NCBI GenBank assembly: GCA_964434235.1
Contig: CAYSUN010000001.1
Location: 18,574-82,573, forward strand
Direction of reading: 5' to 3'
Length of the DNA stretch: 64,000 nt
From: an uncultured Gammaproteobacteria bacterium
GTDB taxonomy: Bacteria; Patescibacteriota; Patescibacteriia; UBA11705; JABHMO01
A model generated the notes under the pieces. The model saw only the letters and a list, made by a program, of their open reading frames with translations. It was not told the origin of the DNA and ran no database searches. Both the position numbers and the translations under genes were made by a program. How positions within the stretch are numbered: the first letter of the stretch is position 1; the number at the start of each line of letters is the position of its first letter. Below are positions 10,562 through 20,959 of the stretch, in pieces.

Positions 10562-11258
10562 ACTAAAACGGCTATTCGAAAAAGTACTCAGTTATATTTT
10601 CCCAATTGAGTGTGTTAGCTGTCAAAAAGAGGGGGAGTATATTTGCTCCGCCTGTTTTGCTCAAATAAAACTGATTGAAAACTTTAGTTGTTTTATATGC
10701 AATCAAGGATCATTTGCCAAAGGTATTTGTCCCAAGTGTGAAGAAACCACTAGCATAGATCAAATAATTGTGGCTACAACTTATCAAGATAATATTGTTG
10801 GTAAGCTGGTTGAACAATTTAAGTACAATTATTTAGAAGATACCAAATATCTACTTAGTCGAGTCTTGATAAAACAAATTGAACAGAAAGAATTAACTAA
10901 TGTTTTGCGTAATAAAGTTTTAGTACCAGTGCCTTTGCACAAAAAAAGATTAGCGGAAAGAGGGTTTAATCAAGCGGAAGAATTAGCTAAATTATTAGCA
11001 GTTAAGTTTGATTCTCAGGTTAATACTACAATTGTGAGGAGAGTTGCTAACACAAAACAACAAGCAAAATTGAACAGAAAACAACGTTTGCAAAATCTTA
11101 TAAATGCTTTTAGAATAGATAGTGAAGGCAGTTGGCCTGAAGAAGTAATTCTCATAGACGATGTTTTAACTACGGGTACAACATTTACTGAGTTATGTAA
11201 ATGTCTTAAGAAAAATGGTGTTAAAAAAGTTGTTTGTATTGCTATTTGTCATGGATAA
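10530..11258 (+). CDS. comF: ComF family competence protein
   Basis: CxxC pairs, PVPLH...RGFNQA, ILIDDVLTTGTT. Confidence 0.9.
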   Translation: MMEHFGKNKNKLKRLFEKVLSYIFPIECVSCQKEGEYICSACFAQIKLIENFSCFICNQGSFAKGICPKCEETTSIDQIIVATTYQDNIVGKLVEQFKYNYLEDTKYLLSRVLIKQIEQKELTNVLRNKVLVPVPLHKKRLAERGFNQAEELAKLLAVKFDSQVNTTIVRRVANTKQQAKLNRKQRLQNLINAFRIDSEGSWPEEVILIDDVLTTGTTFTELCKCLKKNGVKKVVCIAICHG

Positions 11259-11262
11259 TAAT

Positions 11263-12372
11263 ATGGAAAAAAATCAAAAAAAAGTAAAAATTTTATTAAG
11301 CGGAGGAGGTACAATTGGTTCAGTCAGTCCGCTAATTGCTATAAAGCAAGAATTAGATAAACAGCAAATCCAAGCTGAGTATCTTTGGATTGGGACGGAA
11401 AACGGCATAGAAAAAGATATTGTTAGTAAACAGAATATTGAATTTAAATCTATAAATTCAGGTAAGTTAAGAAGATATTTCTCAGTTAAAAATTTTTTAG
11501 CACCGTGGCATACTTTTGTTGGTATTATCCAAGCTTTGAGAATTATAAATAAATTTAAACCAGATATAATTTTAACTGCTGGAAGTTTTGTTTGTGTGCC
11601 AGTGGCTATTGCTGGTTGGTTATCTAGAAAAATAGTTGTTGTTCATCAGCAAGATTTAAAAATAGGTTTGGCTAACAAATTGATGGTGCCTTTTGCTAAG
11701 CAAATAACTGTGACATTTGAAAAGTCAATTAAGGATTATAAAGCTAAGAAAGTAGTTTGGACTGGTAATCCTGTTCGGCAAGAACTTTTTTCTGGTGATA
11801 TTGAGCAGGGGCGTGCTATGTTCAATTTAGAAGCTGAATTACCAACATTATTAGTTATTGGTGGCAGCTTAGGTTCAGAAATAATAAATAAAACAGTTTT
11901 TTCTAGTGTGCCTGAACTAATTAAGACAATGCAAATCATTCATATTACAGGCAAAGGTCAAGTGATTGAATGGGTAGATAAAGAAAAATTTGGAACTAAT
12001 GTTACGAGATATCATTCTCAAGAATATCTTTATGATGAATTGGTTCATGCTTATGCAGTAGCTGATTTGGTTGTTTGTCGAGCGGGTATGTCTACGATGA
12101 CAGAGTTGTCAGCCTTGAACAAACCGATGGTTGTTATCCCGATTCCAGATAATCAACAAGAAGAAAATGCCCAATTTTTTGATAGTAAAAATGCAATCAT
12201 TTTGCTAGAACAAAAATCTTTAACTGAAGATCAGTTTATTACCATTGTGCAAGGTTTATTTAATAATCCAAATAGTTTAGCTCGATTGAAAAATAATTTA
12301 AAAAGTGTAATGTTGCCAGATGCCAATATTCGATATTCACAGCTGATTAAGGAATTGTTAAAAATAAATTAA
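11263..12372 (+). CDS. murG: UDP-GlcNAc:lipid I transferase
   Basis: GGGTIGSVSP, TGNPVR, GGSLG, CRAG, QEENA; start at 11263 preferred over 11215. Confidence 0.9.
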   Translation: MEKNQKKVKILLSGGGTIGSVSPLIAIKQELDKQQIQAEYLWIGTENGIEKDIVSKQNIEFKSINSGKLRRYFSVKNFLAPWHTFVGIIQALRIINKFKPDIILTAGSFVCVPVAIAGWLSRKIVVVHQQDLKIGLANKLMVPFAKQITVTFEKSIKDYKAKKVVWTGNPVRQELFSGDIEQGRAMFNLEAELPTLLVIGGSLGSEIINKTVFSSVPELIKTMQIIHITGKGQVIEWVDKEKFGTNVTRYHSQEYLYDELVHAYAVADLVVCRAGMSTMTELSALNKPMVVIPIPDNQQEENAQFFDSKNAIILLEQKSLTEDQFITIVQGLFNNPNSLARLKNNLKSVMLPDANIRYSQLIKELLKIN

Positions 12373-12382
12373 AATTATTAAT

Positions 12383-13015
12383 ATGAAAAATGATTTAGGT
12401 TTAGAATTGCGTGAGCAAGAAAAAATCATCAGAGTTGTAAATCATCACTTGATTGTGATTGTTCCACACGTTGTAATCTCTTTTTTAATATTAATTTTAA
12501 ATTTTTTCTTAATGTATTATTTGTTCATTCAGGGTTGGTGGGGTGCGGTTTTGTTTTTTGCTATAGTTTTGTCAGTTTTGTTTTACATGGTGAGGTTGGT
12601 TTTCTTGTATAAAAAAAATAAATTTGTTATTACCAATCAACGAATTATAGATTTTGAGCAGGTTGGTTTTTTTGAAAAATTTATTAATGAATTTACGTAT
12701 GCAAAAGTTGATAAAGCCTCAGCCGTTGTTAAAGGAATTGGTGGCGCTTTATTCAAATATGGTAATTTAAAATTAAATTTAATTGAAGACCTTGGTCCAT
12801 TTGAATTGTACAAAGTTCCAAGACCAATAGAATTACAAGAATTAATTAATAGTCAATTAGCCACTTCTGAAGAAAAGAAAGGAATTGAGCCTAGTGCTGA
12901 GCCTGTCAGTTTAGTTATGGCGGAAATAAACATGCTTGGTCGGTCAGAAAAAATTCAAATTTATAAAAAATTAAAAGCTGAATTATTAGCTGAAAAGCAA
13001 AAAAATGAATTTTAA
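12383..13015 (+). CDS. membrane protein with bacterial PH-like domain
   Basis: Two TMs followed by ITNQRIID...LFKYGNL. Confidence 0.65.
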   Translation: MKNDLGLELREQEKIIRVVNHHLIVIVPHVVISFLILILNFFLMYYLFIQGWWGAVLFFAIVLSVLFYMVRLVFLYKKNKFVITNQRIIDFEQVGFFEKFINEFTYAKVDKASAVVKGIGGALFKYGNLKLNLIEDLGPFELYKVPRPIELQELINSQLATSEEKKGIEPSAEPVSLVMAEINMLGRSEKIQIYKKLKAELLAEKQKNEF

Positions 13016-13027
13016 CTTCGAAAATAA

Positions 13028-13459
13028 ATGTGCTATAATCATATGGTAGGAAAATCAAGGGAAAAAATAAAACATAGTCTTTTTTCTCGGTTTTTTGTGG
13101 TATTGGTAATTTTAGTGTCAATATTGTTAATTTTTGGTATTGCTCGGGAATATATGAGTAGAAATGAACTTGATAATGAAATTAACCAATTAGAAGATGA
13201 GTTACAAAGGTTAAAAGTACAAAAAAAAGATTTTTTAAGTTCAATAGAGTCATATGATAGCGATTTTTTTGTGGAGCAAGAAGCTAGGACAAAGTTCGAT
13301 ATGAAAAAACCTAATGAACAAGTAGTTATTATTCCGATCAGTGGTATTGTTAATAATCAAGATAATAATTCAGATGTTTTAGATAGTAATAAACAAATGG
13401 ACCAAAATCAATTAAATATTATGCAGTGGTGGCAATATTTCTTTGGTATAAAGTCTTAA
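13028..13459 (+). CDS. septum formation initiator (FtsB/DivIC family)
   Basis: TM, coiled coil, EQEARTKFDMKKPNEQV. Confidence 0.8.
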   Translation: MCYNHMVGKSREKIKHSLFSRFFVVLVILVSILLIFGIAREYMSRNELDNEINQLEDELQRLKVQKKDFLSSIESYDSDFFVEQEARTKFDMKKPNEQVVIIPISGIVNNQDNNSDVLDSNKQMDQNQLNIMQWWQYFFGIKS

Positions 13460-13532
13460 TAAATCATATTTGGAATTAACTAATTTAAGTATTTTAATAA
13501 ATAGATTAGTTGATTACACTTAATTAATTTTT

Positions 13533-14549
13533 ATGGAAAGCACAGAGAAAAAAGGGAAAAAACTGGAGGGTCTTTTTCTTAAAATTAAAAAAAATATTAA
13601 AAAACCGAGTCGAATGGTAATCGCCATTATTGTTAGTAGTTTAGTTGTTGTTTTTTGTTTTTTGGGTATCGTTGGTTTAGGTGCATATCGATATGATTGG
13701 AATAATAAATTTGTAAAAACAATAACCAAAGCCTTACCTTTCCCAGCTGCGATTGTAGATGGCTCAGTTATAAAACTTTCTGATTGGAAATATGAGGTTG
13801 AAGGTGTGATGTTTTATTCTGAACAACGACTTGATGGTGTTGTCAAGGCTGATGTAGAAAAAGAAGTAATGGATAAGATGATAATGGAGAAAATTTTAGA
13901 AAAAATGGCGAAAGGTTATGGTGTAAAAGTTACAGACGAAGATATCGGTGAACAATTAGTGGTATTGGCAGAGCAAGTTGGTGGTATGGAAGAATTAGAA
14001 AATGTTGCTAAGGAATATTTTAATTGGGATCTTGAAACTTTTAAACAAAAAATTCTTCGACCTGAAACATTACGAATGAAATTAATTGAAAAAATATCAA
14101 CATCTGATAGAGCAAGAAAACAAGCTAAAGTTAAAGCAGACAAGGTATTAGCTGAAGTAAAAAGTGGCGATAAGGATTTTGCTGATTTAGCAGAAGAATA
14201 TAGCGATGATACAGGTTCAGCTGCAGTTGGTGGAGATCTAGGTTATTTTCCACGTGGTGTAATGGTTCAAGAGTTTGAGGATGTAGCTTTTTCTTTGGGC
14301 GTTGGCGATGTTAGTGATTTAGTTTTAACTGATTTCGGTTATCATATAATTAAGGTTAATGATCATATTTATCCAGAAGATGTCGTGGGAATTGACGATG
14401 GACAAACTGATGAAGACTTGGCTAATACAACTCAAGAAGAAGTTAGTGCTCAACATATTCTAATTTCAACCAAAGGTTATGATGATATACTTGCTGAGTT
14501 TGAAGAAAATGCTCGAGTTCATAAATTCGTAGCTTTGGATAGTGAATAA
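13533..14549 (+). CDS. PrsA/SurA-like parvulin PPIase
   Basis: [26 protein letters not shown]. Confidence 0.9.
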   Translation: MESTEKKGKKLEGLFLKIKKNIKKPSRMVIAIIVSSLVVVFCFLGIVGLGAYRYDWNNKFVKTITKALPFPAAIVDGSVIKLSDWKYEVEGVMFYSEQRLDGVVKADVEKEVMDKMIMEKILEKMAKGYGVKVTDEDIGEQLVVLAEQVGGMEELENVAKEYFNWDLETFKQKILRPETLRMKLIEKISTSDRARKQAKVKADKVLAEVKSGDKDFADLAEEYSDDTGSAAVGGDLGYFPRGVMVQEFEDVAFSLGVGDVSDLVLTDFGYHIIKVNDHIYPEDVVGIDDGQTDEDLANTTQEEVSAQHILISTKGYDDILAEFEENARVHKFVALDSE

Positions 14550-14570
14550 ACAATAAACATAGATGGACTT

Positions 14571-15278
14571 ATGGAGGACTTAAATCAACAACCTATTAAA
14601 GAAAATAATTCAATGAAATTTTTTTGGAAAATTGCATTGTCAGTTGCTATTACTATTATAGTAATTTCTTCTATTTTCTTTTATGTTTATCAAAAAACAA
14701 TCTCAGTGTCAGACCAATTAGCTTCTGATTTTAAGGAGCAGAATAACGTTCTTTTAGCTGAAAAAGATTCACTGTTGCAAAGTATTGCAACAAAAGAAAT
14801 GGAAACAAAAGAGATAAGTGAAAAATTGTCCGAAACTAGCCTAGCTGTTCATTTACCAATCAGATTTAAATACCCTGAATTATGGAGTCTAAGTTATTAT
14901 TACAATGTAACAGATGATGTTGTCAGTCCTTTTGAATTAGTTTTTAGTGATAGTAACGGAAGAGCTTATCTTAAGGTAGAATCACCGGTGCCATCTGTTG
15001 GCTTGGAACCATGGATTTTGACAGAGAAGGATGATTTGCCTGAGGGTGTTGATTATTATGAGTATGATGAAAATTTAAATATTGGTGAAATGGCTGGGGT
15101 GGAGAAAGATAGAGCCTTAATTTATCGGTATAAATACGCAGAAGATAGAACTTGTGTGCCAGCAAATGACGATGATAAGATAGGTTGGTTTTTTATGAGT
15201 TTTTCAACTTCCGCAGAAGATCCTGGTTTTTATATAAGTTTGTTTAATGAAATTGTTAAAAGTTGCCACGTCGAATAA
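14571..15278 (+). CDS. membrane-anchored hypothetical protein
   Basis: TM, coiled coil, FKYPELW motif. Confidence 0.6.
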   Translation: MEDLNQQPIKENNSMKFFWKIALSVAITIIVISSIFFYVYQKTISVSDQLASDFKEQNNVLLAEKDSLLQSIATKEMETKEISEKLSETSLAVHLPIRFKYPELWSLSYYYNVTDDVVSPFELVFSDSNGRAYLKVESPVPSVGLEPWILTEKDDLPEGVDYYEYDENLNIGEMAGVEKDRALIYRYKYAEDRTCVPANDDDKIGWFFMSFSTSAEDPGFYISLFNEIVKSCHVE

Positions 15279-15281
15279 AGT

Positions 15282-16016
15282 ATGAAAAAATATTTTGCTT
15301 GCATTATCTTTAGCTTTTTAGTGTGTCTTAATGTTCAAGCTGAAACTTTTGTAACTGATATTTATGTTGATCAGCCAACTATTAGTAAAGGTTATACTGT
15401 CGTGAGTGAGGATGAAAATTTTCGTTTAGGAATTTATCCAGAAGTTTTAGCCAAAGAAACGAGAGTAGTAGTAAAACAATTTGACCAGAATGATTTTGTC
15501 TATCCTGAAAATTGGACTCCAATTAGTGATGTTTATGAATTTGATATTTTCAATAAACAAGCATTCCAAAACGAGAAACCTCTTATTATTAGAATTAAAA
15601 CACAAAAAGCATCAACTCATTTGAAGAAAATATTTTTCTGGAATGGTGTGATTGAACAATGGGTTGAATTGCCTTCGGAAACAGCTGACCTAGAAACAAT
15701 GAAATCAATTATTCATTTACCTTATGCGAAAATGGTTGTACTTGAAAATCAAGAAATATTAGGTATTGGTGATGCTAGCTGGTATGCTTATAAGGGTTGT
15801 ATGTGTGCGGCTTCACCTGATTATGCCAAAGGCACAAAGTTAAAAGTTAAAGATCTTGATACAAATAAGGAAATAGTTGTGACTGTAAATGATTACGGTC
15901 CAGACAGAAGTATTTTTCCAGAGCGAATTATTGATTTGGATAAAGTTGCATTTCAAGAATTAGGGAAATTAAGCTGTGGCGTCTTGAAAAATATATTAGT
16001 TACGGAAATAAAATAA
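15282..16016 (+). CDS. secreted protein with C-terminal RlpA-like DPBB domain
   Basis: Signal peptide; GDASWY...VTVNDYGP...RIIDL. Confidence 0.8.
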   Translation: MKKYFACIIFSFLVCLNVQAETFVTDIYVDQPTISKGYTVVSEDENFRLGIYPEVLAKETRVVVKQFDQNDFVYPENWTPISDVYEFDIFNKQAFQNEKPLIIRIKTQKASTHLKKIFFWNGVIEQWVELPSETADLETMKSIIHLPYAKMVVLENQEILGIGDASWYAYKGCMCAASPDYAKGTKLKVKDLDTNKEIVVTVNDYGPDRSIFPERIIDLDKVAFQELGKLSCGVLKNILVTEIK

Positions 16017-16025
16017 AAATAAAAT

Positions 16026-16706
16026 ATGATAAGGTTTCGACAAGTTACAAAATTTTATGAGCCAGATACTTATGCGCTCAAAGGTGTTAATATCCACATA
16101 AAACAAGGAGAGTTTGTTTCGATTATTGGACAAAGTGGAAGTGGTAAAACAACTTTAGTGAAATTATTAACAGCTGAGGAAACTTTAACAGACGGTTCAC
16201 TTAATTTGAGTGGTTGGGATATTTCCAAAATTCATTATCGAGAGATCCCTTTACTTAGACGCCAAATAGGCGTGATTTTTCAGGATTATAAGTTGTTAGC
16301 TCAAAAAACTGTATACGAAAATATTGCGTTTGCTTTGGAGGCGTGTGGTGCTCCACATAAAAAAATAAAAGCAATTATTCCACAAATTTTAAGAGTTGTT
16401 AACCTTTCAAATAAAGCTGATCGTTATCCGAAGCAACTTTCAGGTGGAGAACAACAAAGAGTTGGGATTGCTCGATCTTTGATTCATAGACCAAAAATTT
16501 TGGTGGCGGATGAGCCAACAGGTAATTTGGATTTGACTAATACTCGGGAAATTGTTGATTTGCTAAAAAAGATTAACGAACTTGGCACAACTGTGATGTT
16601 AGTTACGCATGATCGTGATGTTGTAAATATGCTAAAAAAACGGGTGATTGTTTTGGATCGCGGGCAAGTAGTCAGTGATCAAAAGGTTGGTCGATATGTT
16701 ATGTAG
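16026..16706 (+). CDS. ftsE: cell division ABC ATPase
   Basis: GQSGSGKT, VIFQDYKLL, LSGGEQQR, ADEPTGNLD. Confidence 0.92.
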   Translation: MIRFRQVTKFYEPDTYALKGVNIHIKQGEFVSIIGQSGSGKTTLVKLLTAEETLTDGSLNLSGWDISKIHYREIPLLRRQIGVIFQDYKLLAQKTVYENIAFALEACGAPHKKIKAIIPQILRVVNLSNKADRYPKQLSGGEQQRVGIARSLIHRPKILVADEPTGNLDLTNTREIVDLLKKINELGTTVMLVTHDRDVVNMLKKRVIVLDRGQVVSDQKVGRYVM

Positions 16707-16712
16707 TTAATA

Positions 16713-17648
16713 ATGAAAATAAAAATAAAATATATGAATTATTCTTTTTTCCGAATAATAAAATTTGCAATTCAAGATTTCTATAGAAATTTTTGGTTAT
16801 CAATAGTAACTATTACAGTTCTAATTTTAGCTTTATTTTCAGTTAATATTTTAGTTTCCTTAAATGCTATTTCTGATAGTGTTATTAGTTCAGTCAAGGA
16901 CAAGGTTGATGTAAGTGTGTTTTTTCAGGCTGAAACGCCACAAGCTGTGATTGATAATTTTCAGCAAAAAATTGTGGCAATGGATGAAGTAGACAGTGTT
17001 TTGTTTATTGGTAAAAATGAAGCTTTGGATAGTTTTAAGGAAAAACATAGCGATGATCCAGCTTTGATGGAAGCGCTTAAGGAAGTCGAACAAAATCCTT
17101 TGTTAGATGCTTTAATTGTTAAGGCTACAGACACTGCTGGTTATAATAAAATATTATCAACTTTGAATTTACCAGAAAATCAAGAAGTCATTAAATATCA
17201 AAATTATACTGATCATGAAAAGATTATTAACCGAGTTTCTGTTTTGAGTGATAAAATTAGAAAATTCAGTCTTTCTTTGACAGTGATATTCTCAATTATT
17301 GCGATATTAATAGTTTTTAATGCAATTAGAGTCACAATCTATACTCATCGTGAAGAGATCGCAGTTATGCGCCTTGTGGGGGCTAGTAATTCATTTATTA
17401 GAGCGCCATTTTTGGTGGAAGGTATAATTTTTGCTCTTGTTTCTGTTTGTCTGGCTTCAATTGCTTTGTATGTTTGTTTTATTGCATTAACTCCATATTT
17501 AAGCGGTTTCCTTGAAACTTACAATTTTAGTTTAATTGGGTATTATCAAGCTAATTTTTGGCAAATTTTATTATCTCAGATTGGGGCAGTGATCCTTTTG
17601 AATATAGTAAGCGCGGGTGTGGCTATAGGTAAGCACCTTCGAGTTTAA
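16713..17648 (+). CDS. ftsX: cell division permease
   Basis: REEIAVMRLVGASNSFIRAPFLVEG; follows ftsE. Confidence 0.92.
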   Translation: MKIKIKYMNYSFFRIIKFAIQDFYRNFWLSIVTITVLILALFSVNILVSLNAISDSVISSVKDKVDVSVFFQAETPQAVIDNFQQKIVAMDEVDSVLFIGKNEALDSFKEKHSDDPALMEALKEVEQNPLLDALIVKATDTAGYNKILSTLNLPENQEVIKYQNYTDHEKIINRVSVLSDKIRKFSLSLTVIFSIIAILIVFNAIRVTIYTHREEIAVMRLVGASNSFIRAPFLVEGIIFALVSVCLASIALYVCFIALTPYLSGFLETYNFSLIGYYQANFWQILLSQIGAVILLNIVSAGVAIGKHLRV

Positions 17649-17723
17649 GGGTTTACAATGTCCAAAAATCATGCTAAACTACTATTCGTAGTTAGCATTT
17701 TGTTATTTAGTCTATCGAAATAA

Positions 17724-17813
17724 GGAGAGGTGCCTGAGCGGTCGAAAGGGGCACCCTGCTAAGGTGTTAGATTCTAACGGGTCTCGAGGGTTCGAATCCC
17801 TCCCTCTCCGCCA
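17724..17813 (+). tRNA. tRNA-Ser(GCT)
   Basis: GGAGAGG...anticodon loop CTGCTAA, long variable arm, GGTTCGAATCC, CCA end. Confidence 0.95.
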
Positions 17814-17883
17814 AAAATAGACATATAAACAAATAAGGGATGAGAAGCCTGCCCTGAGGTAGGAGCAAGCGACGAATCTCAGG

Positions 17884-17904
17884 GAATCCCTCCCTCTCCG
17901 CCAA
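17884..17904 (+). repeat. duplicate of tRNA-Ser(GCT) 3' end
   Basis: gaatccctccctctccgccaa, identical to 17794-17814. Confidence 0.9.
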
Positions 17905-17996
17905 TTTATTCGTTTTTTGGGCTTAAATATAGTGCAAAGGGCTAATCATAAAAATAGCGTAAATTACTTGTTGCAAATTAAAATCATAATAATTAT

Positions 17997-18086
17997 GGAG
18001 AGATGGCTGAGTGGTTGAAGGCGACGGTCTTGAAAACCGTTGAACCTGCAAGGGTTCCGTGGGTTCAAATCCCACTCTCTCCGCCA
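17997..18086 (+). tRNA. tRNA-Ser(TGA)
   Basis: GGAGAGA...ACGGT-CTTGAAA-ACCGT, variable arm, GGTTCAAATCC, CCA end. Confidence 0.95.
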
Positions 18087-18203
18087 AAGATTATCAATTC
18101 TTAATATCGGGATTTGAATGGGAAGGGGTAGGGAAACGGTAGTTTCCCGAGGAGGAAAGTTGGGAAACCTTGGGTTTCCCAAAGGAGCAAAGCGACGCTC
18201 AAG

Positions 18204-18222
18204 ATCCCACTCTCACTCCGCC
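18204..18222 (+). repeat. degenerate duplicate of tRNA-Ser(TGA) 3' end
   Basis: atcccactctcactccgcc vs the tRNA's atcccactctctccgcc. Confidence 0.8.
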
Positions 18223-18240
18223 TAAAATAAACTTAATTTA

Positions 18241-18272
18241 AGCAGTTTCGCGTACGCGAAGCTGTTTTTTTT
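18241..18272 (+). terminator. rho-independent terminator
   Basis: agcagtttcgcgtacgcgaagctgt followed by a T-run. Confidence 0.75.
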
Positions 18273-18394
18273 ATTGCTCTTTTTTGTGTAATTTTATTTG
18301 CCTGATTTCGGAAAAATGAGTATAATTTAGTTAGATTTGGGTTCGGGTAGGAGGATTTTTGTAAAATTAATTTTTATTTTTTAATCCCAACAAT

Positions 18395-18823
18395 ATGATA
18401 GATCTTAAAAATGCTAATAAAAAACTTATTGATTTAATTTTTTTTGCCTTGGATAACGGAATCGATTCGGTTAAAACAGGTGACCTCTTAATACCATTTA
18501 TTGTTGCTGAAACAGATAGTAAAAAAACACTAAATAAGTTTGTACCAAAAGATTTTAGTAAAATGGAAGAATGTTTGCAAAAAGCTCAAGAATATATAAC
18601 CAAGCTTAATCCTTTACCAGATTTTATTGTGATTACGTTTGATGGGAAGGTAACAATTCAAGGCGAAAAAACAGAGGCGATAGTGGTCAAAGGATTTGAT
18701 AAAACACAAGATGAAGGGTTTGTATTTGCCCAGAGATATAAACCAAAAGCATTTTTAAAAAAGTTTTCTGTCATAGGTAATGCTGGTTACATGGGAAATG
18801 AATCAAACCCATTGAAAAAATAA
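18395..18823 (+). CDS. hypothetical protein
   Basis: 142-aa ORF with its own upstream -10 element. Confidence 0.7.
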   Translation: MIDLKNANKKLIDLIFFALDNGIDSVKTGDLLIPFIVAETDSKKTLNKFVPKDFSKMEECLQKAQEYITKLNPLPDFIVITFDGKVTIQGEKTEAIVVKGFDKTQDEGFVFAQRYKPKAFLKKFSVIGNAGYMGNESNPLKK

Positions 18824-18840
18824 AAATTTACATCACTTGA

Positions 18841-18964
18841 CACAGAATATGCGGTTCTGTTCGTCATCGTAACTTTTTTAACTATAATCATCTTTGGCAC
18901 TGGCAAGTCGCTTTATTCCAAATTATATCAGTGCCAAAGATCGCATATATACGAAAGTTGTGTG
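18841..18964. repeat. long imperfect hairpin, attC-like
   Basis: Perfect 13-bp IR atctttggcactg (18890-18902) / cagtgccaaagat (18929-18941); outer atatgcg/cgcatat; ends in GTTGTGTG. Confidence 0.5.
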
Positions 18965-19073
18965 AAATAGCAAGAAATTCCTTACTTATTTTTTAGATTT
19001 TTTTTGGGAAATTTATTTTAGGTCAAACATGACTTGTGATAAAATATAATCATTATTATTAACTACTAAAATT

Positions 19074-19313
19074 ATGGAAAACCCGCAAATGGGCTCAACG
19101 CCCGAACAGCCAAAGAAAAAATGGAAAGTGCTAATCGAAATGGAAGGATATGGCAAAGATGGTGAAGAAATTACCGGCCCAGCTCTTTATGAAGAAGTAA
19201 TAGTTGAAGCAATGACTGCTGATGAGGCAGATGATGTTGTGACAAATATGGATTTTGGCAATCGTAGAGTAAGCTACGTAGAAGAACCGGAGGAAGTTAT
19301 AGAAGCTAAATAA
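19074..19313 (+). CDS. small acidic hypothetical protein
   Basis: 79-aa ORF. Confidence 0.6.
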   Translation: MENPQMGSTPEQPKKKWKVLIEMEGYGKDGEEITGPALYEEVIVEAMTADEADDVVTNMDFGNRRVSYVEEPEEVIEAK

Positions 19314-19342
19314 GTTGTATCATTCAAACAAAATTTATACTT

Positions 19343-19888
19343 ATGGAAGGTGAACAACATTTTTCCCCTAAAAAAAAGAAAAAGCCACTATTTTTGTATC
19401 ACGCATCGGCCAACAGGGAAATAGAAAATTTTGAACCTCGAGCAAAAAGTACACGTGACCCAGAAGAAGGTCCTGTTATTTTTGCCACCCCTGATTTTGC
19501 ACTTGCTACTACATTTTTAGTCAGCGAAGCAAATGATGAGTGGACTCAAATTGGAAAAATCAACAATACCCCTTACATGGTAATTATGGATAAAGAAAAA
19601 TTTTTGCTACATGATAAAGGTGGCTCAATTTATAAATTTTCGAATAATGGCTTTACTTCAGATCCAGACAAGGGTATGGGCGATGATGAATGGACCAGTA
19701 GAGATTCGGTTACTCCAATTGAAAAAACGGATGTTGAATCAGCTCTTGGGGCAATGATAGAAAATGGCGTACAAGTATTCTTCGTGGAGAAAGAAACATT
19801 CAGCAAGATTAAAGACTCCGCAGATAAGATCAGCATATTAAAAACACTTGAATCTGAAAATCAAAGACAAGGAAAAAATTTTGCGTGA
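19343..19888 (+). CDS. hypothetical protein, possible ADP-ribosyltransferase-like fold
   Basis: LYHAS...FEPR...VIFATPD..LA, resembling ART (H-x-[ST]) strand motifs. Confidence 0.5.
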   Translation: MEGEQHFSPKKKKKPLFLYHASANREIENFEPRAKSTRDPEEGPVIFATPDFALATTFLVSEANDEWTQIGKINNTPYMVIMDKEKFLLHDKGGSIYKFSNNGFTSDPDKGMGDDEWTSRDSVTPIEKTDVESALGAMIENGVQVFFVEKETFSKIKDSADKISILKTLESENQRQGKNFA

Positions 19889-20070
19889 AATTGTAGTTTT
19901 GCTTTTTTCCTGTTTTGGGAAAAATAAGTATAATTTAGTTAGATTTATATCACACAACACCGAGATAAGTAAAAGGGGATAGTTTAATATTTCTTGATCC
20001 ATAACTCCGTAAAAATGTTTATTTAATAAGGGGAAAAGAATATAATTAAATTAAAATAAATTATAACAAT

Positions 20071-20829
20071 ATGAAACATATTATAAGTTGGAAAGTGTTT
20101 TTTGTTTTATTAGGATTGGCAATGATCAGCATAATTTGCGTATTTCCATACATTCTCACTGTTCAGGGGGAATTATTAAATAAAATTGGCCAGCCGATTC
20201 AGGTTATATTCATCGCTCAATTTATTCAAAGCCTTATTCTTTTTTCTATTGTTATATTTTTTGGGCTTTTTTTTGCAAAAAAATTAAATTTTCAACTTCC
20301 ACTTATTGAAAAAATATTAGAAAAAAAAGATTATAAGTCAATATTAAAAAATATTCTAGGAAAATCAGTCCTCTCAGGAATTATCGTGGCCATTGCCATC
20401 TATGTATTAGATATTCTTTTTTCTATAAATGGTGCGATTATTACCACCCACGAAAACTATGCCCCAATATGGCAAAAATTGCTCGCAGCTGTTTACGGAG
20501 GGGTGGCTGAAGAAATTCTAATGAGATTATTTTTGATGCTGTTCTTTATTTGGATTAGTGTGAAATTATTTAGAAAAACAGAAACTTCGAAATTAGGAAT
20601 AATCATATCAATTTTTCTCTCGGCTATAATATTTGGTTTGGGACATTTGCCGATTACAGCTTCTGTAACCGCGATTACACCTATAGTTATAGGTCGAGCA
20701 ATTATTTTAAATGGAATCGGCGGAATTGTTTTTGGCTGGCTTTTTTGGAAAAAGGGTCTTGAATCAGCAATAATTGCTCATTTTACTGCGGATATTTTTT
20801 TATTAACCATTTTACCTTTGGTTTTTTAA
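20071..20829 (+). CDS. CPBP (Abi/CAAX) intramembrane metalloprotease
   Basis: EEILMR, FGLGH and IIAH motifs; multiple TMs. Confidence 0.88.
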   Translation: MKHIISWKVFFVLLGLAMISIICVFPYILTVQGELLNKIGQPIQVIFIAQFIQSLILFSIVIFFGLFFAKKLNFQLPLIEKILEKKDYKSILKNILGKSVLSGIIVAIAIYVLDILFSINGAIITTHENYAPIWQKLLAAVYGGVAEEILMRLFLMLFFIWISVKLFRKTETSKLGIIISIFLSAIIFGLGHLPITASVTAITPIVIGRAIILNGIGGIVFGWLFWKKGLESAIIAHFTADIFLLTILPLVF

Positions 20830-20959
20830 AATATATTAAAAATATTAAACTTAATTAAATAATACAAATGCTACAATAGTAAAAGCCACAGATAGTCATA
20901 TAAACGTAAATGTATTCTTTAATTCTGGAGGTGGCTACATTTAGGAGGCAAAAGTTTAA

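Noticed and set aside
17964-18182. 72-aa minus-strand ORF
   Set aside because: Antisense to tRNA-Ser(TGA); WRREWDLNPR is the classic tRNA shadow translation
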